From positions 11,720,001-11,784,000 of the forward strand of contig OZ076409.1 in NCBI GenBank assembly GCA_964187785.1: DNA of 64,000 nucleotides. The letters are read 5' to 3'. The notes below the pieces were generated by a model that had not been told where the DNA came from, made no database searches, and worked only from the letters and a program-made list of their open reading frames with translations. Below are positions 34,879-48,946 of the stretch, piece after piece (the first letter of the stretch is position 1; each line of letters starts with the position of its first letter). A program made the translations under genes and the position numbers. The stretch comes from Amphiscolops sp. MND2022. Its lineage: Eukaryota.

Positions 34879-36985
34879 CTGGAATCCAAAATTGGAATAT
34901 TGAAAAATTGAAAGATATGATGTCATCGGAAAATTAATTGCACGAAAATGTTTATGGAGAAAACTTGAAGAGGTTTGTTTTACATTTTTTGAAGCTGTAT
35001 CTTGCTCTCCGGCGTATTGCCGAAAAACCAAACAAAACTGAAGTGTTGACTAGCTTAATTTTTATTCGATTGAATCAAGCAAATTTACTCATCATATTTA
35101 CTTTTTTCAACTTTGCTCTATTTACGTACCATTTCATTTTACTCAACAAAATTCAATTAATAATTGTGTCTCAAGTTTTTGATGAACTTCAAAAGTTCTA
35201 CCTACAATCGCAATGTTGCATCGCGAAAACCTTTCTCAAATCCCCTTAAGAAAGCGTACAAGTGGTTAACCGAAAATACCATCAAATTTGAGGGAATTAT
35301 CACAGTTCCAAGTCAAGAAGCTTATCTCAAAAATTAGCTCCAATTATGTTGTTGATAATAGAGAACTTTTTTCGATGTTCTACTCTTAGGTCTATTCAGT
35401 AACTGTGCAAAGTAGTTTTCACTTCCCAAGTATGGTGCTTTCAATTGTATTTCAGTTGGTAGGGCGCAAACTAGAAGAGCGGTTGTGCTCATTTTGTGTC
35501 CTTATTGGATGTTAAACTTGCATTTATCAAGTAAGATTTATCAAAGCAGATACAGTACGTGTAAGCGTCGTTAGCAACCATTTAGAATTATTGCGTTTTT
35601 GCTCTCACTTTCAATTCTGATTGGCGCATCAAGTGAAATCTCCGGCGCAGAAAGAACACTTCTGCTATTTTCCCAGTTTTGGGCAGGTTTTTGAAATATT
35701 TTTCTGAAAATTTTAAATTCATCGAATTCTGCAGATTGTATAGAATTCAATGATATATTTTTGTTTCAAAAACAATCTTAATGGAAAAATAATCGCAGTT
35801 TTCCGCCGCGAAACGTTCATTTCCTATCTTAATACATGTAAATCGACGAAATTTTACCTTTCGAGCGTGATATTTCAAAAACCGTTGATAATTTTTGAAA
35901 TCTAAAAATACCCATAGATTCAAAAGATTTGTGCGAGTTTTTTGAGCATAAAACTTGCCAAAAAAAACTGTGGATAAAACGGTCAAAAATTGGTAAAACG
36001 GAAAAAAGCCCAAATTTGCTCAAAATCAGCTAATTGTAACTGTCTCACATTTTGTCCCAGAAAAATTTAAAAAACACTAGATGTAAACTAGATGAAATTC
36101 TAAGAAACTTTTATTTCTTATGTTTTTCAAAATTCTCAACAGATTTCGAGAAAATCGAGCCTAAAATCGCCCCGCGGGACGTTTTCTTAATCACAGTACT
36201 GTATATATTTGTCGTCCAATAAAATAAATATCTTCTCCTTCATTTTAAATTATTCCTGATACAATGTTGAAGTTGAGAGTCATCATAGGAATTCAAAGAC
36301 TTTGAATTCAATCGAAACAATTGTTTTGTGAAAACATCAAAATGTTACCCTGTTTGAAACATCGCGTCAAGCAATCCCTATCTCAACAATCCTTCAACAA
36401 GTGATTTCCTTAGCTTCCAATATGTTTTTAATAGACTGATCTGTAATATAGAGAATTTTGGGTCGTCTCTAATGTTTCAGCTTGAATGTTTTCCACTTGA
36501 AATAATTAACCTCAAATTGATTAAAGGTTAATTTAATCAACATTAAAAACCAGAAAATATTGCTGCTCGAAGAATGACGAGGTTGATGAATGCAGATTTG
36601 TAAAATTCAGCGATCGTGGCAGTTTTGTCAACGTTATGCATGTTTATGACAGCATTCTCATGTCATCATAAATTTATGGTAAACTTCTGCAAGAAGTTTT
36701 GTTCGGTCAATGCAAAGCTGGTATTGTATTTTCGAGACCAAAATTCACGCATATCACTGTTCAAAATTTGTCGACATTGCAATCAATTATTTCGATGACC
36801 CAAAGGCTGGAAATAGGAAATCTCGTGGGCGCAAACTTGAAGAGCACTGATGCTCATCTCGCGTCCACATTGGATTGGATATTTACATAATTAAAAATAT
36901 TTTTAATGTACTTTATAATAATCCAATGAAATCTAATGTTCTATTGGAAAAATGAAGAGCCTAGAAAAACCAAAATAAATAGTAC

Positions 36986-38686
36986 CTTATTGGTGAGACG
37001 TTCTATGTCTAAATCAGCTGTCTGCTTGTCTTTCAACACAGCTTGGTACTGACTGCGATTACTCTGCAATTCATTCGCATGTTCTTCATTAAGCTCATCT
37101 CTGAGCTGCGTCAATTTCATGTCCGCTGCCGCCTCGCAAGTTTTTTGGGTCTCCTTAATTGCCTCTACAGATTCCCTCTGCAAGTTACCGAGATCTTCTT
37201 TCGCGTTATTCAAGTCATGACGTAATGAATCGATGAGTCGCTCGGCTTCCATGCCTCGTCGTTTTTCGTCGTCTAAATCGTCCATCATTCGTTTCTTCGT
37301 GATTTGCATTTCGTCGTCGAATCGCATCTGTTGTCTTCTGAGCCCTTCTTGTTTCTCGTTTTCGGCCATTGACCTTTCTTCAGCTATTTGAGCCTCTAGT
37401 TTTTCTTGGAAGTCTTGTTTTTGTTTGCGCAATTCAGTTTCGTGTTCCTGCTCTTTTTCCTTCATTTTTATCTTCAGGCTTTCAATTTCTTCCTCATAGT
37501 CTTTACGCTCGTCAGCTGCTTTTCGTTTGAGCTCTTTCATATTGATTTCGTGTCGCTTTTTCAAGTTCTCAACCAAATTTTCCCGCTCTACTTTGTGCTG
37601 TTCATTAATGTTGCTCAAATTTTTCTCGTATGAATTTCTAGCAGCTGCTAAATCATCTTTAAGACTAGAAAGTTGTTTGGCATAGGCTTCTTTCAGGTTT
37701 TCTATCTCAATTCCTCTTTCCTTAAGATCTTCCTGAAGCTGTTCTGTGAATTCTTCCTTCTCTTGTAACTTGAGCTCGAACTCTCTCTCAAATGCTCTGA
37801 AATTATCAACTTCCTCAACTAACTGAGCGACCCTTGTTCTCAGAGTTCGATTCAGTTCGTGGTTTTTTGCCATTTCCTCTCTCAACCTTTCTCCCAGTGC
37901 CTCGATTTCTTGGGTCAGCTCGAAGTTTCGTTGGTGGCTGACTTCAATGACTTCTTTGGCGTTTTTCAGCTCCTCCGTAAGCATTGATATCTTCGCTGCC
38001 GAGGATTTCTGCTCAGCCTCTAACTCATATTTCAACAAGTTAACCCGTCTCTGGTAGTTCTGTTGAGTTACACTTTCGACGACATCGGCGGTTTCTTTGT
38101 TGATTGCTCTTATGATCGGTGCCAAATCTGCAGTAGGGGCGACTGAAGGTGCTTTGACAACCTCCAAGTTGACCGGAGTTCTTCGGCCCAGTGACGTTGC
38201 TTCGCTTTCGTCATCAGTTGAGAGATGCACATTCCTCTTTATCCTATCGATCGATGTCTGAATCGCTTCGTCCAGGGCACTCATTTCTCTGCCTTGCGTG
38301 ACGTCAGGGATACCATTTCCAGAGCCAGAGTTCCCTGGAATCCTTCCAGTTAGTCCGGATCCTGACGGCCCAAACCTGGCTGCAGCCGAAGAAGCCTCGT
38401 TGATCTTGTCTGAGAGCATTTGGTTCAGATCGTCCAGATCTGATTGGATGGACCCAAGACTATGTATGGTTCCAGCGGGAGGAGCATGTTGCGAAGAACT
38501 AGTTGACGTCAGTCTAGGTTTTCTTCGAGGTTGTTTCTTTCTGGGTTCCTTAGTCGACGACAGAAGTTCGTTTCTGAACTCTCGCTGAATCTGTGCTGCT
38601 CGGGTGCTGATCAAATTAAGTTCCTCGTCTGTTTGTGAAGCATCTTCGGTTTCTACTTCGGTGACTGTATCGTCGAGTGCTTCCAT
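36986..38686 (-). CDS. Uncharacterised long coiled-coil protein, large exon 1 (start uncertain)
   Basis: 594-codon ORF; ATG MEALDD at 38686; low-complexity N-terminus then ~350 aa E/K/Q/L-rich heptads; donor AAG|GTACTA phase 0. An upstream exon is possible. Confidence 0.88.
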
Positions 38687-39741
38687 TGAAACAAACTGCA
38701 CCTTGAGAACTAGATCATAGATCAAATAATAGCTCTCACAAATGTCTTATTTCAGACGTAAGCGAACAGCTCTATGTAATTTCTTTTTCACTGCTATTAG
38801 ACCAGCACCAAATACTAAGCTGACACAGTTGTGGCTCTCGCAGCAATTCAGTTTAAACTTTGATGCGCATGCTTTTAATCAACTTTTACAGCATCTAAAT
38901 GCTGGCTAAACGTCTGAAAATCGACGCAATTACTAATCACACTCAGTAGAGTTTGAAGCACGTATAAGTGAAAGAATACTTCATTAATTGTGACTTGAAA
39001 GTATTCAAAATACATTTTTGAAATGGAAGACAGCCCAAGTCCTCTAAAAACAAAAAGTCGAGAGTAGTTGAAAAAATAAGTATTGACTAGCCTTACAAAA
39101 GGTGAACAGATAGTGAATTGAAGAGTGTTTGACAAGTTTTGAGCACAATTAAGCGTCAATGTTTCGCTCTAAAATGATGGTTCCAAAACATTTAAAGCTC
39201 CCTTGCAATCAAGAATAATTCCATTGAATATGCAACACTGAATGATTCAAGACAGTAGGATATTTTTTGTGGATTTTGACTCAAAACTCTGGTTAGGATC
39301 ATAATATTATCTTATACAAAAGGCTCACAAAAGGTACCAAAAAGCTGAACAAGTTTGCAATCCAAACAAAATATGAAACCAAAAGAACAAAACAAGAGGG
39401 AACCAAATTCGGTAATGCTCGAAAACTGCAAAACATTCTTACTCAATCTTTGTTGATGCTGAAAAACCTAAACAGAGAATCTGGAGATCATTCAAGTTAT
39501 AGATACGTGTATTGATACTTTCAAAGTGGATGCTTTGTGGTGAAGATAGGTTTGATGAATTCCGCAAGAATCGAATGAAGAAACAGTTTTCAGCGCAATT
39601 CACGGGCGTTATTGTAGGTCCCAAACAACAACTGATTAGCTTGGGAAAGGCGATCAAACAATCGTTGATCGCAAAACGATTTCTTTGAAGAAGAAAATTA
39701 TCGAATTGAAAAGAAGCATGTCTGATCAAGAACAATACTAA

Positions 39742-40305
39742 ACAAGCCGGAAACGGCCCAGGTCTAAGGGCTCATATCTAAGGCTCAAAAATAGCAAAAG
39801 GACTTCAAAGTGCCAAAGTATTCCCTTCTACAACACCCGAAAAACCCAAAATTTGGACCGAATTGGCAGACCAGGGGGACGCCTTTAGATTTTTCATCCA
39901 TTCTGTCGCAAATCCTCAAAAAAAATTGAAGGGGGACCCTTTGGTGAAAAAAATTTTTTGAACATTTGGGATTTCCGTTTGGGATTTTTCAACATCCATT
40001 CTATTGCAAAACTCCAAAAAAATTGAAGCAGGGAACCTTTGGGGAATTTTTTCTCCGAAAAAAGTCACATAATGCCGAAATAACTGAAAGTGGGGACCCT
40101 TTAGTCTCGCCCGGTATTGTATGTTATGCGGAAAAAAGGAAACTCCTTTTTGGTACAGTTCCCTGGGCCAACAGGTGCAATTTGACACCATAAATATTTG
40201 TTCAACTTTTGGAAGAACTATTTTGGTCACTTCTGGTGTGTCGAATAAAAACTGACGAAATCGATGAGTATAGTCGATTCTTTTCTTAACAAAAACGCCG
40301 ACTGA
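39742..40305 (-). mobile_element. HINE copy
   Basis: ACAAGCCGGAAACGGCCCA ... CGCCGACT ends; GGGACCCTTT internal repeats. Confidence 0.82.
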
Positions 40306-40539
40306 AAAACACTACTGAAAGCAAAAAACAAAAGTTTTAACTTTCCACTGAGTTTATAATCAAACAAAATTTTTGGACATTACAAAAAGCCGAGGTCATC
40401 AACTTTTTAGTTGGCGCTTCTGAAAAAGACAGATTCTTACAGCGACTAGTGATTTTTTGTTCCTTTTTAAAAACGGAAAATCTTAATTTTAGCTGCGGAA
40501 TTTTTAAATTATCCTCTCTCCCCTGTTTCTGCCCTTAAC

Positions 40540-43500
40540 ATTTCTACAACTCACTTCACTTGAATTCACGGGCTACTTGGCCTATTGGTTAACGAGGATT
40601 TCAAGGCCTGGAAAGGTCCAGCACTACTTGAAAAAATTTTGATGCTTACGAAATTAGACGAAAAACCAAAGGGCCTTGTTCTAATTGCAGAATATGAAGG
40701 AAAATAAAGATAATTCGCGTGTTAATAATCTATTCTGTTCAGTATGTCGATATCAAATGTAAGTGAATAGAATTTAATGCTTTAACATAAAGGTACTATT
40801 CTGTCAAATGGCAAAGGTTAACATAAGTGTTGTGGTAGGATATGATTGACGTTTATGTATATGCAGTCCAACGTATTTATGTCACATTCCCCCCGCAATT
40901 TGAACGAATTTTTACACGACAAGATTAACATAAAGTTCAACAAACAGTTCAAATAGTAGCACCGAATGAGCAATGTTTGTAGACGGTAAAGTACCGAAAA
41001 AGCTGAATGTTCTCTGGACGGTTTTCTACTGCGTTATTATCCTTCTTTGATTAGTGACGGTGTACGACTCGTCAAAGCTGCTTTCTCCTCCGTTCGCTTT
41101 CTTTCATTCTGATGAACGGTTCTCCGCTTCTTTATTCCATTTATCAACGGTGTTACCTGTACCAGTCAAAGTTCAATCGGGTTTCAGTACCGTTTTTGAG
41201 TATTTGTGGATCTTAGTCAAGAAGACTATCGTGTTTTTGTTTCTGGTTGGGTAAAGTTTTCGTACAGGTTCATTTTTTCTATTAGTTCTGTTTTTATTGA
41301 ATCGGTATTACCGTTTCTGTCGATGACTGTAATCACGTCTGGATTTTCTCCTATTGCGTGTCCCGCTTCGTCTAATTGTTGTTGTCATGTTTTTCACGTA
41401 GAACTTCAAATTATTTTCTCCTGGGCTCTGAATTGTCCTGTCCCGGATCAACTTCTGTCTTCCTCTTCCGATGCCAGGGCTGGCTCGTGTAGTTTCCATA
41501 TCAATTGAAAAATTGAATTTATTTTTCCGGTATTGGGGCAGTTTTTTTCTGGTATTGGGTACTGCTTCGTTCACTGTGCTCAGTGGGGATGTTCTCGTCT
41601 ATTGCTGTCAATCTTCCCTCTGGGCCTCTAGCATTTTCCCACCTCCTCGGTAGTGGGTTCTGACAATTTGTTTTCAATGGTTTACTAGCTCTTTTTCGAT
41701 GTATCGTTTTATTTTCGTTTGTTGTTATTGTATGTTTACTACCAGCTACTGCTGCTTGCAGTTTTTGGTCATACATACTTTCGAATTTGTCTCCGTCTTG
41801 TTTCTTCTCTAAAAATTGGTGTGGAAAGTTGTTACTAACGTCTTCTTTCAACTTCCTGAGTGCTTTCAGCACCACTTTGTCATTTTTTCCACTCCCTTTG
41901 GAAAATATGTAGACCTGTAGAGTCTCCGGTTAGGTTGAAAAAACATTTCGTTTGTTCGGAGATATGTTTCGATATTTGTGTATCTCCGTTCTCGGTTTTC
42001 ACCCGTGTTGACGTTCGAACAGAGATTCGTATATGCTATCGACCAATATCCTCATTGTATTTAGTGAACAGCTAGCGCTTCATTTAGATTTTGTCCTTCT
42101 TCGAGTTTCGCTCGTGAGGAATCTTTGAGGGTTTTCATTCCCTTTTCCATCATTCCAGTTGGTGTTCCCTATATAGGTTTTACGTTGAGGTATTTGCAGA
42201 AATCCCTTAAATCTTTTCCGATAAAGGCTGTGCCTTTATCCGTTCTGTTTGTTTGTGGTAGGCCATATATTGTGATATACTGTTCTACGAACATTTTGTT
42301 GTTTTCCTGTTTGGTGTTGCGCATATGCACGCGGCCGACCACCTGCTATTGCGGTCTATTGAAATTAGTATAAAAAGCGCCGGTGCTTAAATCATATTGG
42401 TCCAGCGAAATTCAACTAGACTTCTTGGTTTGCTTTTTACAGCCGGTGGTTAATAATTAATTGTTGTCATTGGTGTTGGATCCTAAATATTCTCACCTGC
42501 CATTCTACAGGGCATTCATTCTTCCCGTTTCTGTTGAATGTCTTTTTGTAATCTTGGCTACCGGAATGGTGTAGCTGCTAACGTCATTTTGTTAATTGCC
42601 GCGTGTCTTTTATGTAGTAGCAGCATTATGATCGTTCGTCGTAATGTTCTGGGTATGATGATGCGTTCGTCGTAAAAACATCTCCAAACCTAGTTGAAAG
42701 GTGTTTCTGAAATGATTTTTACTCTTCCGTTACTTGTTCTAATGTATTCCGTTCCAGACAGACCATTGTTTTTAGCAATTTCTCATCATCAGCTGGGGTT
42801 CAAAATGGTCCGGTCCGCCATAAATTCACGGACTGCTGACGGGAGGACGCGGACTACGGACCGAACATGCGGACCATTCTTAAAAAAACAATTTCAAAAG
42901 AAGATTAATTTCCAAAACTGATAATGAAAGTACAATTTTTTTGCTTTTTGCAGCCATGCACAATTCTTAAAAGCCAAAAGCACAATTCTTAAAAGCAAAG
43001 AGAGTAAATTTGATCTGCAACGTAGCTATATAAATAACGCAGCAGCTAAAGTGACATTCCTATTTCCTATTTCTCAGAAATGTACGGCCATGCACATAAA
43101 GCAGCGGACCGTATTTCTGAGAAATGAGGACTGCGGACGGCGGACCGATAGTGCGGACGGCGGACGACACCGGTCCGCTTTGGACCCTAGATCATCAGTC
43201 GTTTCAGCCGCAATTGTTTTTGAGTCCGTCGTGAACTTTTGTTCCGCTTGTTTGACCGTTTCTTCTAGGTTCCATGATTTATCGATCTGTATGTGGCTCG
43301 CTTGCCCCATTTGTTTGTAGCAGACTCATGTGGCTCCCATGTATCGTTTAAAGTTGATTGCAGGGACGTCAATGGAATTGTTTGAGCTTGTGGATTCAGT
43401 TTTGACGTTTTCTGGTGATTCACTTTCATCTGGAGATTCTTCTATTTGACGTCTTCTGAGGTGATTACATTTCAATTCTTCGTATTGGTTGTCTGTGATG

Positions 43501-45060
43501 TAGTGGGGGTGATATTTCTTCCACACTCCGTTAAAAAGTCTGAAATCTCAAAGTATTGTTAGCTCTTTCAAGCAATTTGTCAGTTTTAAAGTTTCTTCGG
43601 ATGGATCTCCTTTTTCCTTTTGTTCAAATTGTTTACTGTCCATCTGTGATTGTTCGTTCACGTGTTTAACTGTATTTTGTTTTGTTAGCAACTCACTGCG
43701 CCTAGTGTGTTTGTTCCCTTTCGACTTTCGTTCGTTTTGGCATCTCGTTTTTGATTGGTTGTTTTAAAGTTCACGCTCTTTGTCCTTGTCCGTTTGTATT
43801 CCTTTTGTAATCGGATCGGTGATGCTACCTTGAGTGTTATTAAACTCCAGTAATGGTATTATGCAAGTAATTACGTACTCTTCTTCATAATTCTCATTTC
43901 GTTCTGGCTTTGATATCGGATTTCAGCTCAAATAATCGGACAGAGCCATCTGCTTTCCCGCAAGGTGCTTTATATTCGTATCTAAAAGTGCAAGACGGTC
44001 CAGCCATCTCGTTAGCCTTGCGCTGTAGGTTTTGTTCGAACAATTTTTTTCATTAACGACTCCAGAGATTGGTTATCTGTTAACAGCTCAATCGGTTTAC
44101 AGTTTATATGTAGACGGAAATGTTCCAGTCCCCAAACTACTGCCAGTAGTTCTAATTCATTGATAGCATCTTTCTTTTCGCTTTCCGATAGAAATCTGCT
44201 TGCAGAGATGATTGGCTCTTAAATTCTGTCTTTTTGTCTCTGCCGGAGAGTTACGCCTAGGCCTTTTGTGCTTGCATCTGTTGTTATTATATTGTCGTTT
44301 TTTTGCGTTTTAGTGAGCTAAACATGGGTTTTTTGGTATGCATTCTTTCAAATTACTGAATGCTTTTGCGTGTTTCTCCGTCCAAATCCGGTCGTTTTGC
44401 TTCTTGAATACTTTTCGCAATATATCTGTTTCTTGACAGATTTTCAATATAGGTATTGTATCGGTTTCAATTTTTGCCCGTTCATGGTAATGATTTCAAT
44501 TCTTTTCCGTTCTTTGGAATATTGATTTTTGTTATTGCGTCCAATTTGTCCTGCAAGGGTCGTATTCCTGGCTGGTCTGTTTTGTGACCGACCCATTGAG
44601 ATTCTTTTTTGAAAAATTCCCATTTCTTCCGGTTAAGTCTGTATCCGGCTTTTTCTAGTTTTGTCATTGTTTCTGACATTTCTGCTTCGTGTTTTTCTTT
44701 ATTTCCTTTCGTTATTATTAAGATGTCATGTAGCCAGGTCGGATTTTTATGTTCCAGTGTTGTATCTATCCGTTCTTGAAAAATTGTTGGGATATCGGCC
44801 AGTCCGTGAAATCCCTGCAAGAAACGGTAGTTACCTGTGAATTCATCTCCTGTTACGGTAAATATACAGAGGTTTCTCGTTTTTTTTTCGTCCAGTTTGA
44901 TCTGTCTATATGCGTAATCTAAATATAGTTTTGCTGCTAAGATTTCTCCTTCCGTTCCTTCTGATATCTTTCGTGATATCCGTGAGAGCAGTTCTTCCAT
45001 GTTCGGCATACAAGTTTTTCTTTTTATTTTTCTTTTGTTTGTTTTTTTGAATCAATTGCG
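40540..45060 (-). mobile_element. Decayed Gypsy element (RT-RH-IN, PPT, 3' LTR), 5' truncated
   Basis: RT MPNMEELL..LDYAYRQI..GLADIPTIFQ..WLHDILI; RH DASTKGLG, ELELLAVVWG; IN RTDKGTAF, TPTGMMEKG; PPT GCGGGGGGAA at 40887-40896 then LTR start TGTGAC at 40886. The far LTR end is approximate. Confidence 0.87.
42793..43190. mobile_element. DNA-type MITE with 8-bp TSD nested in the Gypsy element
   Basis: TSD ATCATCAG at 42785-42792 and 43191-43198; imperfect TIR CT(A/G)GGGT(C/T)CAAA; many GCGGAC subterminal motifs. Confidence 0.83.
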
Positions 45061-45064
45061 ATTT

Positions 45065-45319
45065 TCACCGATTTATCTTTCTTTACTGTTAAGTTTTTTC
45101 GGCATGGTGAGATTTTTTCACTTCATGTCAACTAAAAGGGTCCCTTCAATTTTTGTGATGTTTGGAATAGATAAAAAATCTAAAAGGGTCCCCTGGCGCG
45201 CCAATTCGGACCAACTTTTGGGTTTTTTGAATACTGTAGAAGAAAATACTTTGACACTTCAAAGTCCTGCTATTTTTGAGCCTTAGATATGCCGCCAACT
45301 TGGGCCGTTCCCGGCATGT
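45065..45319 (+). mobile_element. Truncated HINE copy
   Basis: Ends GAGCCTTAGATATGCCGCCAACTTGGGCCGTTCCCGGCATGT. Confidence 0.78.
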
Positions 45320-46241
45320 TACTCTAAGATATTCGCATCAAAGCTTCTAGTGGCGACGAGCTTTTCAATTTCATGCTCTGCAAGGGCTCTCAATAGTGTT
45401 TTTCAGCATCTAGCGATCATATTGAACGGAAAGAGGTTTTTTCTTTCTCAAAAACGACCTTTGAGATTGCTTCGAAGAATTTCGACTGTTTGAGGTTAAA
45501 GCTATGAATAAAGTTTGGCTATTTCTGCTTGAGTTTTGCTGTAAAATCTTCAGCTTTTTAATCCGCAATTTTGATTTGTCGTCTATAGTTGGTCATACTT
45601 CTTTGAAATTTCCAGTGTCTCGTTTTGTTTCTTCTAGTGAAAATGTGAGGTTCTGTTTTTTAAGAGCGAGTATTTGCTTTCTGAAAAGAAAAACATTTAC
45701 AATGTCTAATAGTATTGATCTTTTTTCCACAAAAAAATCAAGCAAAGATTTTCCACGAAAAAAATCAGAAATCAAGCTGCATTGAATTTTTCCGAAAGAA
45801 AAGTTTCGTTTTTGTCAAAGTTTATCCAACGGAACGGAAACTAACGCAGTGCAATTTCACCTATCATAAAAAAGGGAGCATTCCAAAAAATTACTGAAAA
45901 CAGTACTAATAATACGTTCAGCTTTTGTGCAGTACCTTAAACTATTCATTTTATCAAGGAAAATTATTGTAATAATGAAACACTTTATTAGATTATTCGA
46001 TATCGCAAAATATATCATTCAATATTAATGTATTTCAGGGACGCATGCTGAGTTTTCCGAGGTCAAAAAATCGAATTCAACTCCTAGTCACCATTTCGTG
46101 GATTGATTCACTCATTTAGGCAGACAAACATTTTGGCATGCGTCCCGATTATTCTAATATGGCATCTAGTATCAATAATTCACATGATATTCTCATGATA
46201 TGTGACGTCACGTATGTATATGTGTGAGTCTTTCTATGAAT

Positions 46242-46382
46242 TCACACCATGCCAGGCTTGGCGTACATAGGGAGATGGTAATAGTTGTAGCTTAGATAAG
46301 CCAGCAGTCTCGTTTCCACAGCTTGCTTGTAGCCAGAGGACTGGAAGTCTGTCAGCAGTTTACTCAGCTCGCTTGGTTTCAT
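46242..46382 (-). CDS. CFAP61: Cilia- and flagella-associated protein 61, last exon
   Basis: TTCCAG|ATG acceptor; C-terminus YLSYNYYHLPMYAKPGMV-stop is characteristic of CFAP61. Confidence 0.93.
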   Translation of the reverse strand: MKPSELSKLLTDFQSSGYKQAVETRLLAYLSYNYYHLPMYAKPGMV

Positions 46383-46427
46383 CTGGAAAAAATCATGTGA
46401 GTCAGACATTTGCGTATCGATATTTTG

Positions 46428-47263
46428 GTTATTGATATCATGACATTTCCTCACTTGCAATTTCAACCGTTGATAATTTCAACCTTTTGCGTTTTCAACC
46501 TTCCGCAATTTCGACCCAAACTAATTTCGACCCATGGCGGCGCTTCATGAAGTGAAACCCGACTATAATAGTGACTCTTATTTTCCAATCCACACGAACT
46601 GACCAGAATAGATCTACAAATTTCAACAAAATTTTATGGTGTCAAATTGAACCATTTGGCCTAGGGAACTTAACCAAAAAGGTTTTTCCTTTTTTTCGCG
46701 TAACATACAATACCGGGCGAGACTAAAGGTCCCCCTTTCACTTTTTTCGGCATTGTGGGACTTTTTTTCGGAAAATTTTTCCCCAAAGGGTCCCCCTTCA
46801 ATTTTTGATGTTTTGCAACAATGGATATTTAAAAATCCGAAAGGGTCCCTTTCAAGTACTGTACCTTTCAAGCACTGTAGAAGAGAATAATTTGACAATT
46901 TGAAGTCCTTTTGCTATTTTTGAGCCTTAGATATAGCGCCGACTTATGCCGTACCCAGCTTGTTGCTAATTACTCCTGATTCTCTTGAGGTATTACTTCA
47001 TTATAATAGTTAGTAATGAATGAAACAGGCATAACTAATGGCAACTATTCATCAAGAAGCCAAAATCTCATCAAAACCGGCGTAAACAATAGCATAATTG
47101 GCTTTTGGAAATGTATGAAAATGAAAACAACCTAAAAATGATTATATAATTAAATTGCGGAAGGTTGGAAATGCAGTTGAAGGTTCAAATTGTTAGCAGT
47201 TGAAACGGCAACGGTTGAAATTACATAGGTCGAAATTGCATAGAATGAAATGTCCCGAAACCC
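46428..47263. mobile_element. Foldback-type MITE (AATTTC(A/G)ACC repeats) with nested HINE at 46536-46963
   Basis: Inverted arms GACATTTC..GCAATTTCAACC / GGTCGAAATTGC..GAAATGTC; near-TSD (G/A)ATATTTT. Confidence 0.68.
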
Positions 47264-48418
47264 AATATTTTTCGAGAAATATTTCAACAGCTGAAATCAT
47301 TGCAATTTTCTTTGCGAAAGAGAACGCTAAAAAGTATCTGCTATCTATGAGAGAAAACAAAAAGGTGGACAGAAATTTAGGTTTGGATTTTTAGAACTGC
47401 TTGAAGAATCAAAAACCAAAATGACTTTTGGCATGAGCACAATGCCACTGTTTTTCCCTAAAACTGTCCGAACGATAAAATGCTGTTGTTGTAATTTTTC
47501 GGGAACATAGTTTGCTGGAGTAGTTTTAGTAATTGCTGGAGTAGTTTTAGTAATTCTGGCTACACTCGGAATGCGTTATAGTAATTTATTGGTCATTTTC
47601 GTAAAATTAATTTTCGACAACTCCTAGAATATTTGTCAGGATCTGTACAGACTGGTACAGATTCGCACAGAACCGTTTTTTAAAAACTTCAATTAAGAGG
47701 CGTGTTTATCTTGTAGAGAACTTTTTAATCAACTAATTTCGATTTCAAGACTGTTTTTACGACTAGTTATTTTTCGACGAATCCTGCACAGATTCGCAGA
47801 GGTGCTCAACATGGGATACTCTGAAAACTGTATGATCACTGACTTGTGCAATAAACTTGATTCAGGTACACCATTACTGAGAAAAAAGTATACAGCGGGG
47901 GTCTAAGCCAGCAGAAAAAAGTAGAAGGAAAATAGATCGGCAAAAAAAACACCGGGTGCAAGATTGTATAGAAAATCTGGGAATACAAAAAAATGATTTC
48001 ATGCAACAAAGTGCACTGAGTTTCTCGGAAAAAATTAAATTGTAATTAGAAGACACAATATAAATGATTGAAAGCAGAAAATGAAACTTGCAAAAATTTG
48101 GAACCACTTGTTTTTTTCTACTACCGACGAAAAAAATTTTCAAAAGTTTCTCTATAGGCCAAAAAAGGTATTGCATCACACCAAACCCTCAAGCAAATAT
48201 ATTCTTCGACACTAGATAGAGTGATTTTTACCTGATCTTGATTCTGAAAATAGTGAACAAAGTTTATCATGTAAAATTATTTGAGCAGAATAGTTAATTG
48301 TCAATTAATTGATAAACAAACAGTTGAAACTCATCTTCGAACATCAATTTTCTGGATGAATTTCCTCGCATGTTTCAGAAAAGTTTCTGAAACAGAAAAG
48401 TTTTGAAGTTGAACTAAC

Positions 48419-48496
48419 CTCCATATTCTCTTCGATGATAGTTCGAACCCTTTGGGCGAATGAAGAAGCGTCTTCGGAATCTTCTGCACCGGCCAC
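48419..48496 (-). CDS. CFAP61: CFAP61 exon (26 codons, not in the ORF track)
   Basis: CTTAG|GTG acceptor, GAG|GTTAGT donor, phase 0/0; VAGAEDSEDASSFAQRVRTIIEENME. Confidence 0.78.
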
Positions 48497-48946
48497 CTAA
48501 GCAATGAAACATGTAAAACGTCTGAACAAACATGATATGGAAATCCGAAAAACCTTCGAGGTCATATGTAGAGGAACTGAGATTCTCAATTAGTTTCCAA
48601 CGAAGTCATTGGTCTCTGAAAACTTCACAAATACGTCTTAGAAGTGAAACATGATTACAAAGTATACTGAAGCATCGAAAGGAAGCACTTTTTGTCGCAA
48701 TTCTACCGAAACTCATGAAAAATTGAAATGCTGATCAAAAGTTTTTGCCTGTCAAATGAATAAAAATTACAGTTTTCACGGGTGAAATCATTAGCGTAAC
48801 ATGTGATCTCAGTCCAGCCAAGATCAGCCTCAGAGTTTTAAAGATCATCTCAGAACGTTTTTCCCATCATTTTTAGTCGGCGCTTTTAGTTAACTAACAA
48901 AACTGAAATGAGTAAGACTAAAATTGCCCGACAATTACAGTTATGG

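Noticed and set aside
35566..35630. RFX X-box-like GTCGTTAGCAAC with nearby CCAAT as a ciliary promoter
   Set aside because: Short degenerate motifs inside an intron with no associated exon; expected by chance.
47513..47555. 21-bp direct duplication TTGCTGGAGTAGTTTTAGTAA
   Set aside because: An ordinary slippage duplication with no other structure.
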